Source of the DNA: Lepidodermella squamata
Lineage: Eukaryota > Animalia > Gastrotricha
DNA: 64,000 bases
Assembly (NCBI GenBank): GCA_047495785.1
Contig: JBLDXI010000004.1
Location: 248,001 to 312,000, forward strand
Reading direction: 5' to 3'
Translations under genes and position numbers: made by a program
In this document: in pieces, positions 40,625-54,000 of the stretch
Numbering within the stretch: the stretch's first letter is position 1
Layout: the number at the start of each line of letters is the position of its first letter
Notes under the pieces: model-generated
The model's input: the letters and a program-made list of their open reading frames with translations, nothing else
What the model was told of the DNA's origin: nothing
Database searches by the model: none

Positions 40625-41399
40625 GGATACTTCCACTTCCATAGACAACACTGAAACATATGAGATACTAACACTCTATCTGAGATACTACTATAATTTT
40701 AATTTATTTCAAAAAATTGAAGAGCATCAGGTACCTCTTTCAAAAAGTTTTATTTTCTGCCCATAAATACTAGAAGCGGCCGTCTATCTAACGATACCAG
40801 GCACACTTTGTGTTCCCTCATGGATAATTTTCTAAAATACGCCGAAAATGGCTATATCTGATGGTTTTGGATACAAATTGCCATTCTGCTGCCGCGACCA
40901 GGGTGGCTGTTTCTACTGTAGAAACCTTTTTGGGTCGATGTATAAACGTATAAACTGTACAAATATGCCGGGGGGAACCCCCATACTGTCACCGTTTGTG
41001 AGTTGACAAGTTGTTTGTTTGTTTGTATGTCGCCAGTGATGTCGCCAGTGTGCGCACAGTCTATGCACGCCTTTCGCGCACGCTTTAAATTACCTACGTT
41101 TGGTTTTTGGATCTAAAACTAGGCGATTGCTTATATTCTTGCGTGGTTGTATGACAATTGCGCAACGACAATTCGGCAATTTGGCAATATTTTGTTATTC
41201 GATCGAAAACGACAACTCGAAACTCGACAAACGCCTAATGGGCACTGGGGTGTCGCGACACCCCAGCACCTTGCTCCGCTCGCATAGCCTTTTTACTAAT
41301 ATTATTGCTCAATGCAGGACATAACATTTTGTCCCGTTCTCGGACTTAATCACTCTTTCTCAAACGTGAAATTATTCCTGCCGAGTTGTCTCTTTAACT

Positions 41400-42583
41400 C
41401 CCAGAACCGCCGAGTCCTCCGTTCTCCGGTGCGTGGTAGCCGATAATGTGCGTCGCCTTGAGACTCTAATAACTAACTGGTTTGATGCCATTTGTCCAAT
41501 TTTCTAGTAGGGAAATGGTGGCAAGTGGCAACTTTTCTTATACTCTCGTAATACAACAGTTGCCGCAGTTTTACGAGGTTTTCACGGCAAAACCTTGGCA
41601 AAAACTTGGCGATTGTTGATTATCGCGATCAACCACCCTATATATTACGGCCGTATCGTCGCCGTGTCGGGGATATTGTTGGCAGCGCGTCAGAAGGAAC
41701 CTCTAGGCTTGTTTACATGAGGCGGTAAAAGTCAATGCGGTCGAAAAAATTGTCTATATCCAAATGTACTGGTGGTAATCGACTAGTTGCTGAAATTCAT
41801 TACGCCGTTCGCCGAATCCGTTGCTCTCTCCGTCTCCGGCGCGTGGTTGCTGATACTGTGAATCGCCTTGAGACTTTTGTAACTCCCTGGTTGGAGGCCA
41901 TTATTCCTATTTTCTACAAGCGAGAAAACGGTGTCAAGTGGCACTTTCGTTGTACTCTTTGGGAGCAGTACCGCTATAGGGATGGTACAGATCATCAGTT
42001 CCATCGTTCCGCAGGGAGAGCTCAGTCTCAGCTCATTCACCAAAGGAGGGACCCTTATGTCGAAGTATGTTCTCCCTACCAGTTCTGCGGTCCTACTTCA
42101 CGCTATAGTTTTACTCTCCTGGAATCCACATGTGACCTCATCTGTACACCCAGCGCCTTTGGTATCCAAGCATGCTAATTTTGGCATCTAAAACTTGGAT
42201 CTTAAGCGACTGCTGATTTAGTTCGAAGCTTTCGGCCTGCCACATGACGCTTGAGGATGCGGCAGCGTCCCTGCGCGGTCGGTCGATATTGCTCATGGGT
42301 TGAGACTCTAATAACTAACTGGTTTGATGCCATTTGTCCAATTTTCTAGTAGGGAAATGGTGGCAAGTGGCAACTTTCCCTATACTCCCCTATACGTTTG
42401 CCGCAGTTTTACGAGGCTTTCACGGCAAAACTTCGTAAAACTTCGCAAACATTTGCGGCAGTTATACGAGGCTTAGTCGTGGGGAAAGGGAGTCAAGTAA
42501 CACCTTCGTTGTACTTTCTTGTAAGCTATACCAGTGATCTCATATGTTCACCCAGATCCCTTGGTACCGCTCAGGGCGCTTAA
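41400..42583 (+). repeat. Three diverged tandem units (~430-nt period), possibly a decayed small ORF family
   Basis: TGAGACTCTAATAACTAACTGG..CAAGTGGCA at ~41459, ~41869 (diverged) and ~42301. Confidence 0.55.
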
Positions 42584-44425
42584 GGCTAATGATGTCACCT
42601 CGTTTAGTACAAGAGGTACTTTTCCTGAGGCGCAGCCAAGGGCTCAAAACGGAATGGATCTGATCTCAGCCTAAGCAGCAGTTGTCTGTGACGGCAACAG
42701 TTGATGTTAATGTCGCCAATGTCAGTAGGTATGTGATTCCGCAAAGTTATTATCTCGAGTCGAGGGCTCAGACATTTTGTAACCAAGAGCTACCTTTCCG
42801 GAGGCACAATCAAGGTCTCAGAACGGAATCGATCAGGCTCGAGCAACGCTGTCGCTTGCCAAGCATGCATTCTTTGTTGGTGCGCGCTTAACGCCACTAT
42901 GAGGATAACGCCGTTTGCTAGGTAATGCCTTTGCCCGATGATTTGGAGAGGTTGCTACCAATCTTGATCGCAGTTAATTGCGGCATTAGAGCAGTTCGAG
43001 CCCGTCCCAGCAGTGTAAAGATTGAACACTAGTATGATTGTCATCAGTCTCAATGGTTCCCCCCGGCGCTACTGCAACAGCTAAGCTGTTGCTGTGGCCA
43101 ATGTTTATACATGATGTAGAAACTGGGTTCCAAGAAGGCTGGGTAGTATGGCTATGTACTCGAGTTTTAAGGGTCGCTCTCACAAATAAACTGATTGCAC
43201 CATTGAATTCCTCGTGAAAAGTTACTCTAGAACATGTGTAACAGGTCCGAGTATGATTTTTGGGTATACTTTTATGATAGGGCTATAAAGTAATTATGAC
43301 CGGAAGTAATCGTAGCTTCGGAACGGTGATAGTTACGGAAATTGTAAAAGAATAATCGTGTTCAGCGACATCGATTTCATTTTCTTTGTTAACTTTCTTT
43401 GTTAATGCGTACTCAGCTCCGTATCGTCAATGGTCTCATGTAAGATCACCCTGAAAGTCTACGTGATTTAACCGACGACTAGAAACTCCAGAGACGTATT
43501 CAGGCTTCATAGCAAATGGCGAGGCTGAGACCGTGCGAATATTCTTTTAGAACTTCCGATATTTTTTCAATTTGACATCTTTTATACATATATGTAGTCT
43601 CGAATAGAGAAAATGCTCAATATGAACAGCTCAAACAGCGATATTAGATTAAATCAGGGCAGCAATAAATACAAAGATCGCACCTACTTTTTAAGGTTTC
43701 CCGGTCTTAGGCGGAAAAATATCGATTTCAGTCGAGAATACTAAGGAATGAAGCCACAAATCATGCATTCCCTCCCGTACGCATCATATCTCGCGGTGTA
43801 GGAACATTGGACGTCTACGACATCGAATGACTTATTTTATGGAAATCATGAGGAATTATAAGTCTGAGCTATTCCATGCTTTCCAATTTCCAATGCTGGA
43901 TTTTCTCAATTAGAAATTTAGCGCTCCATCCTATGCGGCCCTAAAATCGGTTATTACTAAAGAGTGGTTCGTTTATGTATATTTGATTAAAAGCCTGCTT
44001 TGTGCTTTTGACTTGTGAGTAATCAATTCGAGTGAAACGAGAAAATATTGGGATTTTCCACTAAAAATAGCAGATTCGTAATAACAATGACTAAATACTA
44101 GGTATTATGATGCTTTGGCATTCTTTCATACATTTTGGTTTGGAATATTGTCACCTAACCCCGAGAAATTTCCAAGAATATCTCTGAAACGCCCTCTGCT
44201 AATGTTTCTATGTTTTTTACTAATGCATTTTTCATAAAATCAACAAAAATACGCGTATCCGACTGATTGGAGACGGTTTTAATTGCAAAGCTCAACGACC
44301 GAAGGGAAGATCAGAAGAAATTCTAAAATGTTTAGTAAAACCGACCCTTTCCCCTGGCGCGTGCCCCGGAATTGCGCATTGCGCATAGCTAATTTACTAA
44401 AAACTTCTACTTAACTTAGAACAAT

Positions 44426-45229
44426 GTGGCGTACGATCAGCTGTGGAATGTGGTAGTAAATACTGGCGACGTGGCGCAGGTGCGGCAACTCGTTGCTGAG
44501 ATCGACGAATCAACTGGCGGCAAGTTCGACCCGAACTGGCGCAACCCAAACCAGTATGACTGTGGAGGTTCCGTGATGAAAAATGGCAACCTGCTGCACA
44601 GTGTTATTTGCAAACAGACGCAGCCAGACCAGCGGTTGCAAATCGCTGAGCTGTTGGTGGATCGTGGAGCTGATGTCAATTCCAGGGAGGATTACAACGG
44701 CCAGACGGCGCTGATGTATGCGGCTGCGAAGGGTTACGTCGATGTAGTTGACCTGTTGTTGGCTCGCGATGCTGCCATTGAGGTTAAGGATAACGATGGC
44801 TTCTCAGCTTTGATGTATGCGGCTACGAATGGGAAAGACGATGTAGTTGATCTGTTGCTGGATAGTAACGCTGCCCTCGAGGCCAAGGATAACGATGGCT
44901 ATACGGCGTTGATGCATGCAGCTAGGAATGGGCGCGTCGAAGTAGTTCGTCTGTTGCTGGCTCGCAACGCTTCCATCGAGGCCAAGGCTAATTATGGCTG
45001 GACGGCATTGATGCTATCGGCTGCATATGGGTCAGCCGACACTGTTCGGCTGCTGCTGGACAGAGGTGCTAGTAAGAATGTCAGAAATTCAGAAGGCAAG
45101 ACAGCTCTCGATATCGCAACCTGTCGGGGCAAAACCGCCGAGGCCGATTTGCTGAGGTCGCGGGGAGCAACACGTGCAAAGTCGTCTTGCCAACTCAGTG
45201 AAATAGTGCCCGATGAAAACGCAGATTAA
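44426..45229 (+). CDS. Ankyrin-repeat protein (about 6 repeats; true start uncertain)
   Basis: Uninterrupted ORF with GxTALMxAAxxG..VVxLLL repeats. The nearest ATG (44424) is out of frame, so there is either an upstream exon or an indel. Confidence 0.75.
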   Translation: MAYDQLWNVVVNTGDVAQVRQLVAEIDESTGGKFDPNWRNPNQYDCGGSVMKNGNLLHSVICKQTQPDQRLQIAELLVDRGADVNSREDYNGQTALMYAAAKGYVDVVDLLLARDAAIEVKDNDGFSALMYAATNGKDDVVDLLLDSNAALEAKDNDGYTALMHAARNGRVEVVRLLLARNASIEAKANYGWTALMLSAAYGSADTVRLLLDRGASKNVRNSEGKTALDIATCRGKTAEADLLRSRGATRAKSSCQLSEIVPDENAD

Positions 45230-46436
45230 TCATATTCACATTGTTTACGCAAAAACAGATCTCAGTGGAAACGACAGCAATCCGCAATTTGTACGCATAA
45301 CGCATGTCCTAGCAAAAACCGTCAACACTTAGATTATTTCACTGGCTTCATCAGGAAGAAAAATGTTGACTTTTGACTATGCTGTTGACAGACATCTGCT
45401 GTTCATATTTTTTGTGGAATCCATGAAAATTATTACTTCATGTTGTATCTACACTTGGTTCGGTTGGGCTTGGTGAGTAATATTGGATGACGTAATAAAG
45501 TTTATATCAATAATTAATTTCATTTTCTCCACCATTAACCACATTTCACAAACCACATGTAACTTAATCGAGTTTTACGAATAAGCCTCACATAAGACGC
45601 TGGCTAGCCAAAGGTTACACTATGCTAAAATACCACACACCCTGGGCGTCTCTGATGTACAGATTAGTACAGCCCCATGTCACCGTCCCGTAAAACTGCG
45701 ATTCCATTGTGAAATTGGAGCCAATGTCACAAGTTTTATGCCCAAGTTGCATGCAGTAAAACCTACAGGTATACAGATAAATCGCTAGGCCCGCGAATTG
45801 GAAACTATTTTTTTTAACATTAATCTATTTTTTTCAACAGCAAACTTCAGAAATTGTTATTCGATAGGGAAGAATATATTTTCATGGTGAGTGGTGAGGT
45901 TGTGCATTTCAAGCTATTATGACCTCGGTGATGACAGCAGGGTCCAGACTCGTGCCAGACCAACCAGAGCTTTGGATTTGATTTACGGCTTAAATCACGG
46001 GCCTCCTTCAATCAATCAAAATCAATCATTGCCCCAATTTGCCAGGACTAAATCAATCAAATCAAATCATCGACAACCATTAATCACAATAAATCGCGAA
46101 ACATCGGGATTTTCAGGAAGCTGGGGACGTCGAAGTTCAATGAAATGAATAAAATAACGCGAATTTGAAATAACCGCCCCTTTCCATAGCAAATTTTGAT
46201 TAAAAATTAAAATTTAAAAAAAATGAGAGCATGAAAAAGTGTTTCCACTTAGAATAACCTTTGCCCTGTCAATAACTAGGCCGCTATCGGGTTCTTAATT
46301 TTTAAAAATAAAGTCCACGCGTTTTCGCCAGACGTTTTGTCTGAAAGCAACAAAAACAACGCGTGTTCGAATCTCCACTATACAACGAAGCGCCATTCAT
46401 TGATTTTTCATTTAATAAAAATCCACATTCTGATTC

Positions 46437-48731
46437 ATGGCTGAATTTATTCGCCTATTCATCATCTTGAGCCTAGCAGCATCGGCCTATCCACAAGAGT
46501 TCAAGCGATGCTTCTCACGTTTGAACGACGGCTTCACAGGTTGTAAGCAAAACTGCTCTTTTCTCGATGAAGTTCAGGTAAGCCAGTTTTCTACTTTGCA
46601 GATTTTATTTTGTAATTTCATTGAATTTAACAAAGCTCGGGCTGAAATTGAATTCATTGGCGAGTTGCAAATCTGGCGTGAGTTTTTACTCTATTTCAAA
46701 TTATTTGCAGTCAAATGCTGACAAGATGAATTTTAATTCAGTCTGCTCGAAGCTGTTTCAACTACAAAACGATCAGCATGCGATGCATCCCACGTAACCT
46801 TGGCTGTGATAAGAATGACGAAGTCATGGTCTGTGCCTGAGATTTCACATTGAATTTCATCACGTTATTCATCGTAACAGACGGCTGAATTTTTCGGGGG
46901 CGATTTTCGATCCGAGTACGACCTCTGCCGATCGAAAACTAGCAATTTCTTGGTTCGATTTATGAAGCATTTTCGTTACAATTGGATGCAGATGTATAAA
47001 CATATTTGTTCAGAATATTCAGGCGACGGTTTGTGACAAAAATGGCCAGCGAACGTGTATCCCGATCGATGGGCCCTGCCCAAACAGCGGGGTATGTTTC
47101 AAGAAGAGTATATCAAGGATTTTTTAATTTTTACCTTTTTCAACGCAGGCCGCAGTTGGGAGTTACAGATCAATGCAGCTCTGCATGTCGCAGGAGAAAA
47201 GTTGGTTTCAATCGTTCATCAGGGAATTTGGCAAATGTTTAAAAATGCTATGCTCGCATCCAAGTTTTTTTGAAATTTCTCGGTTTCGTAGAACAATCGT
47301 CATTTTGAACCTGAATTCTTCATTTCATAAAAAGTCGTTGATTTTACAGATGTCCGAAATTCTTCCGATTTCCTGCCCCACATCCGATGCTTTCTCCAAA
47401 GCGATCGGTCCTTCGTCGGCTGCCAATCAACGGCCTGCGATTCAGCCTCAATGACACAGGTAGATCCTCTTGCGATGATTGAAACACAGTGTTTTGTTCC
47501 CCATTTTCCTCCGTTAGTCCTACAGTAGCGGACCTCACATCGACAAATTCCACTGCAACGCAGGCGTTAGTTCTTTGCCATGTTAACTTACTGGCTATCA
47601 AAATTCGGAAATTTTACAGCCAGCTGCGTTATGCTCAGCCTCTGGTGCATTGGTTTGCCGAAACACATGCCCGCCCCCGATGACTCTGGTAGGCTGAGAT
47701 TTCATTTAATATCAATCAATGGGATTTTCGATATTGATACTTTTCTTATATTTAGAGAAAATCGAATTCCGAGATTTTTAATCAAATACTTATATTTGCG
47801 TTCAATTTGTTGAGATCCTTTCTCGAATTTTGGATTGCGCTCGTGATAATAAAATTGTCGTGACATTTTGGAGAAATTCGAAATTCCGAATATTTCCGAA
47901 TCTTCTAATTTAGCTTTAGTGAGATCATACTACTATGTTGATATAACTTTCGGGCCAAATAACTTGCGAGGTACATTTTTCAGGTAACAATTTTCAAGGC
48001 GAAATCAGACTTTGCTGGAAATTATGCTGACTGCTTGTTAACACAGGTATGTAATTTTTTCATCTGACTAGAGTTCAAGGAATTTGGATTCCTTGACCTC
48101 GTCCCTAGTTACAGCAGTCCCCACACCCAGGTTCTCTCAAATTGGTTGATTAATTCTGTACAGGAATTTCAAGATTTAAAATTTGAATTTGAATTAAAAT
48201 TAAAATTAAATTTTTTGTTTCCAGCAACCTGTCAACTATCACCGATGCGTTGCGAAGAGTGACAACTCTGTTCAATGCGTGGTCGAGTCGACTGGCTGCG
48301 ATGCGGCAACTCAACTTCGAATTCCGCCTAATGTGACATACGCGAACGAGAACGCCTGCAAAAATGTGACCAAGAAGTTCTTGTACATCAACAAGGCCCT
48401 CACTCGGAGCGAAGCAGCGGCCGAGTGCTTAGCTGCGAACGCCACTTTAGCAACGGCAAGGTCAAATGCCGAGTTTGACGATGTTAGGCAGTTTCTAAGA
48501 AGCTCGAATTTAGGCGACCCTTGGATGGGTCTCACCCGGCAAAACAGCAAACTGAAATGGGACGACGGCTCTTCATATACGTTCGAAACCAATCAGTGGT
48601 CAATATTTGAATCGTCGGAAGACAAGATCAAGTTTGATTGTATTGCGCTTGTGCTTTTCGCATTCGGTACACGTTACACTTCTGTTAATTGCGCTATTCC
48701 AAGTGCTGCTTTATGTGAGTTATTCGCGTGA
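46437..48731 (+). CDS. Secreted Cys-module/CTLD protein, copy 6 (422 aa; 6 modules + CTLD)
   Basis: Exons 46437-46577, 46636-46677, 46742-46828, 46881-46952, 47014-47091, 47149-47200, 47350-47459, 47518-47565, 47620-47688, 47984-48046, 48225-48731; all GT-AG and in frame. Confidence 0.85.
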
Positions 48732-48999
48732 TCCGTAGGTAGTTGCCTACTTTTTCTTCGAGATTTCATCGCTATTGCCTATTCGCGCTCGTTAACCCAA
48801 TAGTGTGTGACTGTGGGAAGATCAAGTAAAATGTTGATTGCTTTTTTGCCTGTGTGGATGAGAGGTCCAAGGCTGGCGGGTGTGAAGCTTTAAGGGACTT
48901 ATCTTCCAGAAATTGTGGTTTTTTCGGGGTTTCACCACTTTGGCCTGCCGAACTGTGGGTAAGATACCCATCATTCCCCCGTACTTTGTGCCAATCTGT

Positions 49000-49490
49000 G
49001 CAAATCGCTGAGCTGCGTGGATCGTGGAGCTGATGTTGATTCCAGGGAGGATTACAACGGCCAGACGGCGTTGATTTATGCGGCTGCGAAGGGTTACGTC
49101 GATGTAGTTGATCTGTTGCTGGATCATGACGCTGCCCACGAGGCCAAGGATAACGATGGCTATACAGCTTTGATGCATGCGGCTAGGAATTGGCGCGTCG
49201 AAGTGATTCGTCTGCTGCTGGATTGCAACGCTTCCATCGAGGCCAAGGCTAATTATGGCTGGACGGCATTGATGCTATCGGCTGCATATGGGTCAGTCGA
49301 CACTGTTCGGCTGTTGCTGGACAGAGGTGCTAGTAGGGATGTCAGAAATTCTGAAGGCAAGACAGCTCTCGATATTGCAACCTGTCGGGGAAAAACCGCC
49401 CAGGCCGATTTGCTGAGGTCGCGAGGAGCAACTCGAGCAAAGTCGTCTTGCCAACTCAGTGAATTAGTGCCCGATGAGAACGCAGATTAA
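49000..49490 (+). pseudogene. 5'-truncated duplicate of the ankyrin gene, lacking one repeat
   Basis: Closely similar to 44639-45229 including 3' flank; N-terminus missing. Confidence 0.8.
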
Positions 49491-50049
49491 TCAAATTCGC
49501 GATGCGCGATGTTTCCGCAAAAACCGATCTCAATGAAAAAGGCAGCAATCCGCAGGTACACCGCAAGTTGGACGCATTTCTTAAGCTCAGCCTAAAGGAA
49601 ATTTGTGTATTGCACACATTGAAAGCATTCCTAACTCATAACCCCACTCTCTTAAGGACAAACGCAGGCTGTTCAGATCTTGCTTGACACAGCTTTTCTC
49701 GACGTCGAAGACAGCTCACTAGGTTCAATCGGGTCGCGAAATAGGATCCTCAAGCTAGCAATTTTTTGTCTTATAACTTCCTAACTTCAACATCGTGGAA
49801 TTTTCACATAGACCATCCAGCAGCCTCGGGTCAGGTGTATGAATAAAGCTGTTCGGGTAACTAACCGTCTCAAACACAAATACCACCCATCCTCAAGTTT
49901 GCTTATCAGTGATTCAGTGCAGCAATTATAGTGCTAGGGTTAGGGTTAGGGTCGCAGTTAAGTGAGGGTTCAATCAATAAAAATTCTCATAATCGTTACA
50001 AGTAAGGGCGAGGTGAGCAGCCTCCCCGATGAGGTGAGCAGCAAGAGCG

Positions 50050-50400
50050 CGATTAAGAAATTCGTAATTTTGGCGGCCAATACCAACAAAGAAGACTGCA
50101 AGATTTGCGCTGCTATCACCGGAACAATTGCCACGATAAGGTCAACTGCAGAGCTGAATCAGGTGAGGCTCGAGCTCAACCAGACGAACCCGAGACCCAA
50201 CTCGGCTTGGACTGCTCTCACAATACAGAACAGCTCTTACAAGTGGGACGATGGTTCCGATTTCAGTTTCAATTTCGACGATTGAAATTTCAGCATAGCA
50301 GCTAACGGCTGTGTTACCCTTGCAGGAGGGCAAGATGGCCGAAATCCAAATGTCTTTTACTACCGTATTTGCTCGTACTTAAGGCAGTCTTATGTTCGTG
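50050..50400 (+). pseudogene. Orphan CTLD exon remnant
   Basis: KKFV..C..TIATIRS..WTAL..YKWDDGSDF; in-frame TGA at 50283-50285 where paralogs have Trp, and a later frameshift. Confidence 0.7.
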
Positions 50401-51045
50401 TACTTTTCGAAAAAATGACCCTCTTGAATCAAAATCTCCCGTCCGATCGGAGGGTTTCATAAAGTATTTCATAAATAGACAACTCGCGAGCGAACGCTGG
50501 CGGTTTTTCCGGTTTTTAGTTTGAAGATGGTCCAAAAATGCCTTGTTTCTTAGTGTGGATCTATGTTTGCCCTTTTGTCATTTTGAGGCCCATAGGACAC
50601 CAGTGTCCTACAGAACAATTGAAAGTTGGCTTAGTATTGGACACGGTTTGGGAAACGCTGGCCTGGTAACAACGTGCGAATCAGTTTATGCTGACGTTAG
50701 TGAGAAAATGAACGGATATATCTTGAAGTGTATAAAGCGGGCCAGTGTTTCAAGTTGAGTAACCAAAACTTTTGACGTATGAAAACAAAACAGTTTTTCG
50801 ACTATTTCTAGGTATGTTTGCGTATTTTCTGTTCCCGAATTTCGAAACCCCTGTGGTTTTCTGGCATGGACCTTCCGAGAAGGACCTAGAGGACCTAGAA
50901 TTCTTGGGGCATAAGAAAACTTGCAGAAGTTTCCTTTTCAAAAAAGCATGATGAAGAATACGATAACGTTGCTCATCTTTACTCCATATAACTCTTCTCT
51001 TGATTATTCACATTAATAGCTTCACGACAAATGATTGGCCAACTT

Positions 51046-54000
51046 TTAGCTTCCAGAAGAAAAGATTTCACACATAACCGTGTTAACGTTCATATCACAC
51101 GGCAGCGATACCAATTGCCATAGACCTGACGGGATGCCGTTATCAGTATCGATTCAACCCAACGCAATCGTAATTTGGTTGACAGGCTTCGGATGGCCGC
51201 TCACCCAAACGACATTAGAAGGCGAGTAAGCTGAACCGTCTGCCCACTTGTAGACGCCAGATCGCCGGTCGAGGCCCACCCAGCAGGCCTCTTCCGTGAT
51301 GAACTGAGAAACGCCGAATTCATTGTTTGTTGTGAACGACACAATGCGCAATCCAGCGGCTTCACATCTCGCTGCGGCAACTGTTATGTTTCTAACTGCG
51401 GAATCCAGCCGGATAAATACGAAGTACTTTTGAGCATTGAGGCAATTTTCTCTGTTGTCGTAGGTTATACGCGGAGGGTAAGGCGATTCGCCTTGGGCAC
51501 ATCCCGTCTTTTTCCCTCGGCAAGTCACGGCGCCATTCGAGGCTAAGCAGCGCAGGTGAGGAAGCTGTGAGAAAACAAGGCAAAAAATAAGAGCGCTTCT
51601 GTCTCTACAGCTGAATAATGCGCAATAAGAGCCGCCAAAGTGTACGAAGTAGAAACTTCAAGCTTGGAGATACACACAGTACCCCGTACCCCCTCCCTTT
51701 TTTCAAAAAGTTGATTTTCAATTTCGAATTTGTTCCATCAGTGCGATAAATATTAATATAATATCCGAAATAACTCACTAGTTCGATTGCACAGGAGTAG
51801 AAGTCATCGTAATTTCGGACAAAAGCTTGCCCGTCTCCCCCAACAGTTAATTGAGCTGCCTTGATTTCAAAGAAAATCATTCAGTTAGAGCATCTAGAAC
51901 ATCTAAAAAGAATCATCTTACGGCCTCCGGGCAGATTCTGCCTTTCGGCACGCAGAATAGCAATATCTCTCTCGAATCATATTCATATCCGCATTTATAG
52001 TATTGGCCCTGAGAATAAGATAAATAAATTGACACGGCTTCTCATAGGTATGTAGCAAACTTGGGTGGCGTTGATGCATGCCGCCATGCTATCGCTCAGG
52101 CTGGTCGTGGGTGATCCGACTGGTCCGAGCTGTTGTAAAACAGATATAAATCACAGCATTGAACTCAAGCGAATGACTCACATCGTACATCGCATCGGAT
52201 GAACATTGCTCCCGGCATCTTGCAGCTTCCGTGGGGCTCACGAAGCACATTTGAAGGGGCTATGAATTATCAGAATGGGAGCGCTATGATGACTTGTCGC
52301 TTGGTTTATTACTCACTCCTTTTTCACAATCGGACTTCGTCGGGTAAAGCGTCGCTCCAGTGGTCTAAATCGAGCATTTATTATTTCCATATTTGCAATA
52401 GGAATATCTTGCTCACCTCGCCTGAATTGCACTGAGTTGATGCCTTGACGCAGCCTGTAAACGAAGGCTTCGACCAGTCGAAACAGCGGCGATGCGGATA
52501 CATTTCAGGCGGAGCTGAAAAATTCATGAAAATTTTACGAAATTAAAAAAAATGATTAGCCCAAGCTTTACATTGTTGGATAGAGCAAAAATAAATTAAG
52601 ATCATAGTATTTTTCTCGGAATTTTTTGGCACAAAATGAAAACTTTTACCGTCTAGAAAGATCGGAAAAGTTACAATGGGCGGATAGGGAGATGAGTTAA
52701 TAAAATTGAGGATCGCGCGCTCACTTTTCAACGTTATGGTGTGAATTTATTTATTTTCGGAAGATCGCTAGTTTCCGATCTGTATAGAGTTGTCTATGGC
52801 TAAGCCTAACCACCATCTTACTCTTACTATGAATCTCTCGATTTTCAAGGTAAGGGGCGAGCTGAAAGAGCCGCATTTACCAGCTAAACAAATTTTTTTT
52901 AATTTTGCGAAAAGGGTCGCCCTAATGATTTGTGGGCTTAAACGCTCCAATCGTGTTACAAGCATTTAGAGCCAAAAGCTATCAAGACCTGAGAGCTGGA
53001 CCGATTCGGACAACTGGTATTGATATGTTTGGAAAATTCAAACCACCATAATTTTGATGTTGTTGGGAAAGATAACGCGTTTAATAACAACATCTGAAGG
53101 TACCTGGCCATCAGTCTTCAAGGTCGTTAACGTATGTCCAATTTTCAAGAAGAAGTCTAAATCGAACAAGGCCAACTATCGACCCGTGGGTATGGGTGAA
53201 CACGTAGGCAAAGTCCTGGAGAGAATACTTGCTGAACTAGTCGTAAAAACCGCGATAGCTAACGGAGTAATACCTCCAGAACAAGCCGCCTTCCTGTCAG
53301 GCTGCGGCACAACCGATACCCAACTGTCCGTGGTAATCGACATCATCTCCGCGATAAACGACAGAAAAGACTTCATCCTCCGCCAAACTGATGTTAGTGG
53401 GGCGTTCGACAGAGTGGACAGATCTCTTCTTCTCGACATTCTTTGGAAATCGGGCATACAGGGACAAGTTCACGCTATGATCCGATCATTCCTGACAGAC
53501 AGATACTTCCGTGTCTTGGTGGCCGGGGCGTCGTCGAGCCTTCGATCTGAAGATGCAGGTATCTGCCAAGGTAGTGCACTGGGGCCATCCCTCTGGCTCG
53601 TCTGGTATAGCGGAATCAGCCGATCGGTGTCCAAAATCGTCGACCAGCCCAATTACCACCCACCTGAGCCGTACACCTTCGCCGATGACTTTAACCTGGG
53701 AAGCACGAACCAATCAGATGTCGACATTGGAGAAGAGAAGGCTATGCAGTGGGCGAGAGCTCACAGAGTCTCGATGGACCCGAAGAAGAGGATAGATACA
53801 AAGTTCTCTTATCCACGTTTCAACTGTGGAAGAAGAAGACTGAATGAAGATAGCTCGCTTGAAAGCACCAACCCCTCGAAAGCGGAAACGGCCACTACAA
53901 CGCTACTGGGCCTAGTACTCGACACCGGTCTATCAATGGAGGAATGCATGACCAAGAAGATCGGTCAGGCCAACAGGGCAATCACGCAGCTCCTAAGACT

